Assembly (NCBI GenBank): GCA_020184695.1
Contig: JAANOX010000061.1
Location: 434,001-498,000, forward strand
DNA: 64,000 bases
Direction of reading: 5' to 3'
DNA from: Histomonas meleagridis 2922-C6/04-290x
Lineage: Eukaryota; Protista; Parabasalia
A program made the translations under genes and the position numbers. Numbering within the stretch: the first letter of the stretch is position 1; each line of letters opens with the position of its first letter. The notes under the pieces were generated by a model. The model saw only the letters and a program-made list of their open reading frames with translations, did no database searches and was not told the origin of the DNA. Below, one piece after another: positions 57,073-64,000 of the stretch.

Positions 57073-59090
57073 TTTCCCTTAATTCAGCTTGTTCTTTTTT
57101 CGAGAAAATATGATATGAATTAACGTATTCGTTATCCTATCGTCCGTGAAGTGAATTTACCCATGTGATACATGAGAAGTGAATTCAAATATATATATAA
57201 GGAAAATAAAATTTATTAACAGTGATTTTAAAAATATTTATGAAGAATTAATGAAATGGAATAAAAAAGTGTCAAACAAGTTTTTTTTGTGCAGTTTTTG
57301 AGTGAAACTATTAGGTCGATCATCATCACTTATGATTTTTATATTTTAACACTGTTTTAAATAATAAAATTTTATAATATAGAAGATATTATAAGGATAA
57401 TGATATCCTTGTTTTCTAAATATTCAATATAAAAATAATATTTTGTCTTGTTATTCATTAGGAACATTTCTGATGATATCAATACTAATTTTGATGAAGA
57501 TAATTATTTAATAAATTTATTTCCTGAAATAAATGTAATTTTTAAAAATTTGAAGTATTATAATAAAGATGTTTAAGAAGATCAGCACATGAATGAGCTT
57601 GGTATGTTATTAGTAGATTGATATTATATAAACGTTTTATTAATCATAGACATTATAACTATTTAATAAGTTCTGATTTAAATTATTATACAGGAATTAC
57701 TTAATTTTTGATAATATAGATATATCCAATAATTTCTGGCAAAAAACTTTTTTATATCAAGAAGAAAATAAATAAATAATAAGTATATCGAAATCGAATA
57801 ATATTTCTGTTCCAAATATAAAATAATATGATATTGATTACAACGTAGATAATTTATGTATTAATAAATCAGATTATAATGATATCAAAATTGATAGATT
57901 TAAATTTGTAAAGTGATTTATCATTTTTAAACGTTCTTCGGATCTTATTTTTTAATAATTTTGGAAACCATCCATATAAATTAATTAACACTAATGTAAT
58001 TTAGTTTTATCTATGAATTCAACATTTTTATAATTTTTCTAACGATAAAACGACTTTGATATCAAGTGTTTAGCTTTCTTCACCGATTATGTGTGTATAA
58101 CTTGATTTAATATTTCTGCCGATTAGGTTTTTACCTATTCTATAAATTAGCTGCATGAACATGCCAATATTTATTCGGGATATTGTAATTATTTCCAACT
58201 TTATTGACATCAGGGTCAGGAAGTTCCATGATGGCGGGAAAGATGAATTTTTCTTTGATTTACATGCACGATGTTTGTGTGTTAAACATCCAACCGCAAC
58301 ATGTAAAGTATATAAATAACCATCATTATTTTTCTTTTTCTGTTAAAATCGACTTATTATACAACGAAATTGAACTTGCCACTCGCGAGTCGAATTTTTT
58401 CAGGAGATTAAAGATCCTAAAATCTTCGGTATTCAAGTTGTGCCACTCGAGCTTCGTTGTAAAGACATTTTATCGTTCATAAAGTATACAAAAAGTTTAT
58501 TTCGCACCAAAAAATGACGAAAAATTAAAGCTTGCTCAGAGAAATCAATATTAATTTGTTAAAGCTAAATTTTTATATTTAAATAGTTAAACATATTTCC
58601 TAAATTTTCAAAATACAGATTTATAAGTTAGGGCTTAGTTACTGAAATATGAATTAATAATTTTTCGATTAATAGAAGAAAAATAATACTGTTAAATGAA
58701 ATTTCATAATCTGAATATTTTTTATAGTACATGAAATGTAGTGATTGTTCATGATGGTTTGATGACTTTAACCCGATTTATTTTGACGAGATATCAGCGA
58801 TCAAAATTCAGAATAATTTTTTTTGTATAATCAAATTACATATAATTGACGTATAAAATTATATTGGAATATCGCATGTGAATATAACTTTATTAGTTTT
58901 TTGATTATACCTCTAAAGCACAATTAAATAAATCATAAATATCGAATAAGAAATGGCTTTTTAGCGACCGTTTATAAATTGACAGTGTACTATCAGTTGT
59001 ATAATTTTTATGATAGATTTTCTATGAATTGAAATGATGATTCTAAAAAACAATAATTTAATACTTCATCGGCACCTTCTTCTTGTTTAT

Positions 59091-59360
59091 CTATATTATC
59101 TCATTTCCTTTTTGCAATATTTCATCAATAGCTTCATTGTTTAAAACTGAATATTCGTTAATCTTTGATCCAACTACCCAACTTTCGATAAATTGGTGTT
59201 GAGGTTTATCAATTTTTTTTAATGGGCGTTTATGATAGTCATTGTGTCCACGAGGTGCTAATATATATGCAGTTGAAAGTAAACCTATAATTGAAAAGTT
59301 AATTGTGTGTTCCCCAATACGATTTTTTATTGCACTTGCATATTGATTGTTATCAATTCA
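59091..59360 (-). mobile_element. Possible DNA transposase remnant (hAT-like)
   Basis: An ATG-less open frame reads ASAIKNRIGEHTINFSIIGLLSTAYILAPRGHNDYHKRPLKK...; AYILAPRG recalls the hAT A(T/Y)xLDPR motif. Weak inference. Confidence 0.35.
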
Positions 59361-59407
59361 GAGGACGGCCTAGGATAGCCTTTTCTTGTAAATTTAGTCC
59401 ATAATAT

Positions 59408-59430
59408 TATATATATATATATATATATAT
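59408..59430. repeat. (TA)n microsatellite
   Basis: Uninterrupted TA run. Confidence 0.95.
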
Positions 59431-61494
59431 AATAACATATACAATCTGAATTTGCATCGAATTTTGCAGTTCAACGATATGATGAAAATTTTATTTTTGA
59501 CCGTTTATTATCCGATAAGGATACAAGCATCACAAATGAGGTTTTCCAGTAAATCTGATAAAAATATATCTTCAAGATATGCTACATTTTTGAAGCAGAC
59601 ATAATTGCATCAACAAATTTACAAAAATTTATGAGAAACATTAGATATTAATAACAAATGTGCGCATATGACTATTATTTTAGTACATGGAGATTAAATT
59701 ATCAAATATTAAATTTATAAAGAAAAATGTTTATTTTTTTTACTTTGTGATGTAAGTATAAACGTCCTCGCGAGAACGTTAAAATTTTGATTTTTTTTGG
59801 AAAAATACGAAATTAGATTACCATAGTAAAAATATATTCATTCCATACTTAGTAAAACTTATTTCTTATAAGAAGAAACAGCAATAAATGATTATGAGAT
59901 AGAATATTTTTATTTTATAACCTCAAAAGGGTGGACCTATTCCCACAAATTTTTGATATAACTTGAATTAAAAGTGACGAATGTTCTCAATTTTTTACCT
60001 ATCTGACATCGAGTAAACTATTTAATTACATATGAAAGCTCTCAAATTTCTTAATAAATGAATGAAATGAATATGATATATTTTCCAAAATCATAGGTTC
60101 GTATTCAAAATATATGCAATTTTAAAAATTTTGTCAAGACAGATTTTTGAAATTTGCTTATATCAAAAATAATCACAATTATTCCATATTTTAAAAACAG
60201 CTCAAAGATTTTTTTTGATCATAATATTATTTTATTCTTTGATGATTTTAAGCGAGTGTGAACTTATAAATTTGTTTTAAATTTAATTTTTTGGATGTGA
60301 TAATTGGGTCTCCAGTATGTGATATTCAGAATGATTATTTGAAAATATTACCATACGGTACCGTACCATTAAAATATATCACTATCATCATATAGATAAA
60401 TTTAAAACATCCACTGTAATTTAAATATTTTCTGAAATAATAAAGATAATGAATTTTAAGTTTTTGAAATAAGTGTCGACAGTTTATTATCAGAAGAGGT
60501 ATTAATTGAGAACTCTCATAATTCAAACATGGCACTTTCAATCTTCGGGTATGCATCACCCAGTTATGTTTTAGAATCCTTAAATATAACTGTAAGTTTT
60601 TTTTAAATCAATAGAACACACACACACACACATCTCGTTTCATATTGTGCTACGCATTCGTTCGCTCCGCTGTGCTCTCGCCGCTCCTTCGTCGCGAGCT
60701 TCGGTGTGTTGGTCCGCTCGTTTCACTCGCTACCGCATGATGCACATCATATCATGATGATACCCATTAATATTATTCTCCACATTCCATCAAGTCATCA
60801 ATCATTTGTGTTCGTTTGTTGTGCGGCATTTATGATTTTTCGTTGATGTAAAAGCTGAACAAAAAAATGTCAGAAGGTTCAGCTTCCCCCATTTTATCCT
60901 GGCCATGGCCAGGATGCAGAATCATTCAATAATGAATCATAATTGAAGGACGGAAGTTAATCCTGGAGTTTTAGATAAAAATATAAGGACGGAAGTATGA
61001 TAACATTTGAAATAAAAATAAATTTTGATTCGACGCATATCAGTAATGAGTATCAGTAATGACAACATTGATGCTAACGTCGACGGTTCTACCAAATGTG
61101 CTTCATTTCATCATTAATGATTGAAATATTTCTTCTCCACTTCCGATTGAATTTGTGGTGTAGCTTGACGTACAAATAAAAAATGACAGGATTCTGTGAT
61201 CACGACCAAAATCACATATCCAATATTTTTAGAATCTACACTAATGCTGAAACATTATTAACATATTTAATGTTGACAGAATGTAACAACTTTAATGTCT
61301 TATAATAAATTTCACTCCGAAATAAATAACGTGCTGAATAATATTATATTTCTCCGACTTCTTATCCAATTTAATATTTTCAGAGTGGTTGTATTTGAAT
61401 TCTACAGCAGCGTAGTCTTGTACTTTGTACTCACTGATTAAATAATCCTGAAAATCTTCCATTTACTTATCCGTAAAAAAATAATTTTTATATA

Positions 61495-62215
61495 ATGAAA
61501 ATAATGCGAAAAAATAGATTATGGAAAGTGAATAAAAAATTTGACGAGATAGAGAAACAATTTAATAAAATTAGTAAAATTAATAAAGAAGTATTAAACA
61601 ATGCATTAATCAAGCCGATACACGACAGATTTCATTTCGCACAGAATGGGATCAGTGCGTTTATCGCATCAATGGGTAGCGGAAAGAGCTATACATATTT
61701 AAAGTCAGCTGCTCAGCAAGAAGTATTGTTCCAAGAGCTTTTTTTCGAGATAATAGTTATTTGCAGCACAAGTAGTAATAAATTAGATGAAACAGTTAAT
61801 ACTTATAAGTATTACTTTATTATAATTAAGTAATTAAAAAAAGTAAGCTCGTCGCCGTAAAAGATACTCAGTTACTCGACTGGTTAAATAAATATATGAG
61901 ACGGATTCTAAAATATAATTCGATCATTAAATACATCAACAGTGATTTTAAGAAGACGAATGAAGAGATCGAATAATACTTATATTACAATATATCACAA
62001 TACATAATTCGAATAATTCTAATAAGAGATTAAAATATGTTGCAGAAAAGTTGGCAAAATATAAGTGGAGAATTCATCCTCACCGTTGCTGGCTCATTCT
62101 TGATGACTTTGCCGATCACTGTCAAAGGAAACGGATTTATCTAGAATGCTGAAGAAATTAAGGACTGACATTTATGATTTCATTATAGAATTAAAATTAA
62201 ATAAAGTAATCACTA
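61495..62215 (+). pseudogene. Maverick/Polinton packaging ATPase (A32/FtsK-HerA type), fragmented
   Basis: Walker A AFIASMGSGKSY, then in shifted frames TQLLDWLNKYMRRILKYNSI, YVAEKLAKYKWRIHPHRCWLILDDFA (Walker B) and KETDLSRMLKKLR. Confidence 0.8.
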
Positions 62216-62486
62216 CTAAACGATTACCTTTAATATTAAACATATTTTTTATGTTGATAATTTGACAATATATAAAAATGTTATTAGTGTTTGCACAGAA
62301 TCATCAAAACGAGCGAAACGTGTCGGATTAAAATTATTATATGACATTCATGATTACATTAATGTTAAAATTATAGAACCATTAACTAATATAGCTCAAG
62401 GTAGATTTATATGTATAACTCCGAAAATAGTGAAATTACAATTGTTGAAGGCGAAGACAAAAATATTAATTAAAACACTATATTTT

Positions 62487-63998
62487 TAACAAGCTGCTCC
62501 CATAATGATCTGCTCTATACTAGCGTTGGTGATTTAAATTTGTGCGCGACCTTCAGGTTTCATTTAACGAACCTTCAATAGAGCGTCTTCAAAATAGATT
62601 CCTGTCGGAGCAATGTATACTACATTTTTCATAAAAGTGTCAGCCAATCGATCACCGAATAATTCAACTTGAACAGTCCCTGTTGTTGATATGCCTCCCT
62701 GGAAATCCTCGCCTTCAGCAAATGGTAGTCCTATGAAGAAATTATAGTTATCTTTACCGTGCCAAACTTTTGATTGAGTATTAACACCAGATGCGTTATA
62801 GATATTTTTATAATAATAAGGTTGAACAGATGTTCTAAGATCTTTTGACAGAGAACTTAAAAGACTTCCGTTAAGATTCACTGCATCCAAAAGCATATTA
62901 ATATTCCTGGGATCATCAACTGTTTCATAAGCTTCTCTAGGATAAATTTTACCATCAATATTAAAACTATATCTGATTTGTGGATTTAAGAAGCATGTTC
63001 TTGAATATTGTGATTGACGAAATACTGTAAACATAGTATCACAATGCTTTAATCCTATTGTTGCAGCTGTGTTAAATGATGTTGGAGCAGATGTTGAATT
63101 GCTTCCTAATGGTTGTGTGAAGTCTCTTATTTGACAAACATGTATCGGAAAAAGCATTGGAACTTGAATATATTCAGCAGCAAGCGAATTAAACACATCC
63201 ATTTTCAAGAGATATGTAGCAAGCTTAATTTTAACATCTTTTGTAACTTGTGTATGACGAACAAATTGCTGTGGTACATCCATTGTTGCGTAAGTTGTAG
63301 TACCGCTTTCTGTTGTTGCTTTAATTTACTCTTAACTGTATCATTAATCTTTCTAAATTCAAGATCACATAAATAATTACCTTCGACGACTGACTTTGCT
63401 GCTACAAGTGATTCGTGGTCACATACAGGCGCAATAACTATATTATGATATGATGGCATTAGTTCATAAGAAGGCTTTCCGATCCAGTTAGGATAATATC
63501 TCATCTTAAATAATGATGAAAATAAATTAATAGGAATTCTAAAAGAAATTATAACAATGACTTCTTTAGATGCAGTAATAGCACTAAAGTCACAATAAAC
63601 TTTTGGATCGTATAATGAGTTGTAAAGCATAAACCATTCATATCTGGCATATTGCACGTTTTGAATTTTATTCATATTTGAATAGACTTCAGTATAAAGT
63701 ATTGATCAATAGCATCAGCTAAGCACTTATATTCAACATAATATTCTTAAAACAGAAGATTTGATTGTGGTGGAACAGTTATCGAAACTTCTTGTTTCAA
63801 AGTAATATAACTATCATCTAATCCAATAATTTTAAACCTATCGGTAAAAATATCGACATAAGTTGTGTCACCTTCGTTAATTTTTCCAACATTCACGTAA
63901 GAAGTAGCTGTGGTGTATCTATAATTGCCAGGAATGATTTCAGAAGTTTTAATTGCTTCATCAACTTCATTATACCAATCCTGTAAATTTCCTGACAT
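62487..63998 (-). pseudogene. Putative major capsid protein of a metamonad-type Maverick, split into three ORFs
   Basis: ORFs 63747-63998, 63205-63675 and 62564-63283 are linked by read-through-like segments (F*EYYVEYKCLADAIDQY; KVR*MKPEGRAQI*ITNASIEQIIMG). They resemble, from memory, T. vaginalis Maverick structural ORFs (DWYNEVDEAI; FNIDGKIYP) and lie next to the packaging ATPase. Confidence 0.65.
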
Positions 63999-64000
63999 AG

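Larger units (their letters stand above)
60616..64000. mobile_element. Decayed Maverick/Polinton-type endogenous DNA virus, continuing beyond the window
   Basis: An (AC)8 tract and GC-rich segment mark the putative left end, followed by a fragmented A32-like packaging ATPase and a fragmented capsid-like gene. Confidence 0.75.

Noticed and set aside
413-63376. Many 60-130 aa ORFs in the track overlapping longer genes on the opposite strand or another frame
   Set aside because: They are antisense or alternate-frame shadows of real CDSs or of AT-rich repeats, with no independent motifs.
1-64000. tRNA, rRNA or snRNA genes and canonical parabasalid introns (ACTAACACACAG)
   Set aside because: I saw no cloverleaf, rRNA-like segment or fused branch-point/3' splice motif by eye. 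A tRNAscan/Infernal run would be needed to exclude small RNAs.

Overview
This is strongly AT-rich, gene-dense, essentially intron-free eukaryotic DNA. The gene content points to a parabasalid (trichomonad, Tritrichomonas/Histomonas-like): bacterial-type class II aldolase, BspA, DUF3447-ankyrin genes, a 3R-Myb, a TKL kinase, Trichomonas-type M3/M5 promoter motifs and a metamonad-type Maverick. The taxon is inferred, not proven. About 25 intact housekeeping or hypothetical genes are present, including eIF2-gamma, PP2A-B55, calcineurin B, Vps34, PHIP-like, FBA, CSN4, RPS13, NAT10 and RPL10. A >1350-codon minus-strand ORF at 1-4053 runs off the window edge and is missing from the ORF track. The last 3.4 kb is a decayed Maverick/Polinton (packaging ATPase plus major capsid fragments). 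The most striking feature is a set of ankyrin-repeat loci (21.7-26.4 kb, 6.65-7.7 kb, 35.8-36.1 kb). In these, about 29-codon ankyrin cores are separated, always at the same position in the repeat, by AT-rich linkers mostly of 66 or 83 nt. The linkers carry stop codons or break frame and have no usable GT-AG boundaries, while the cores of the main array stay coding. This suggests an unrecognised way of removing these inserts (non-canonical splicing or similar); pseudogene decay is the alternative.
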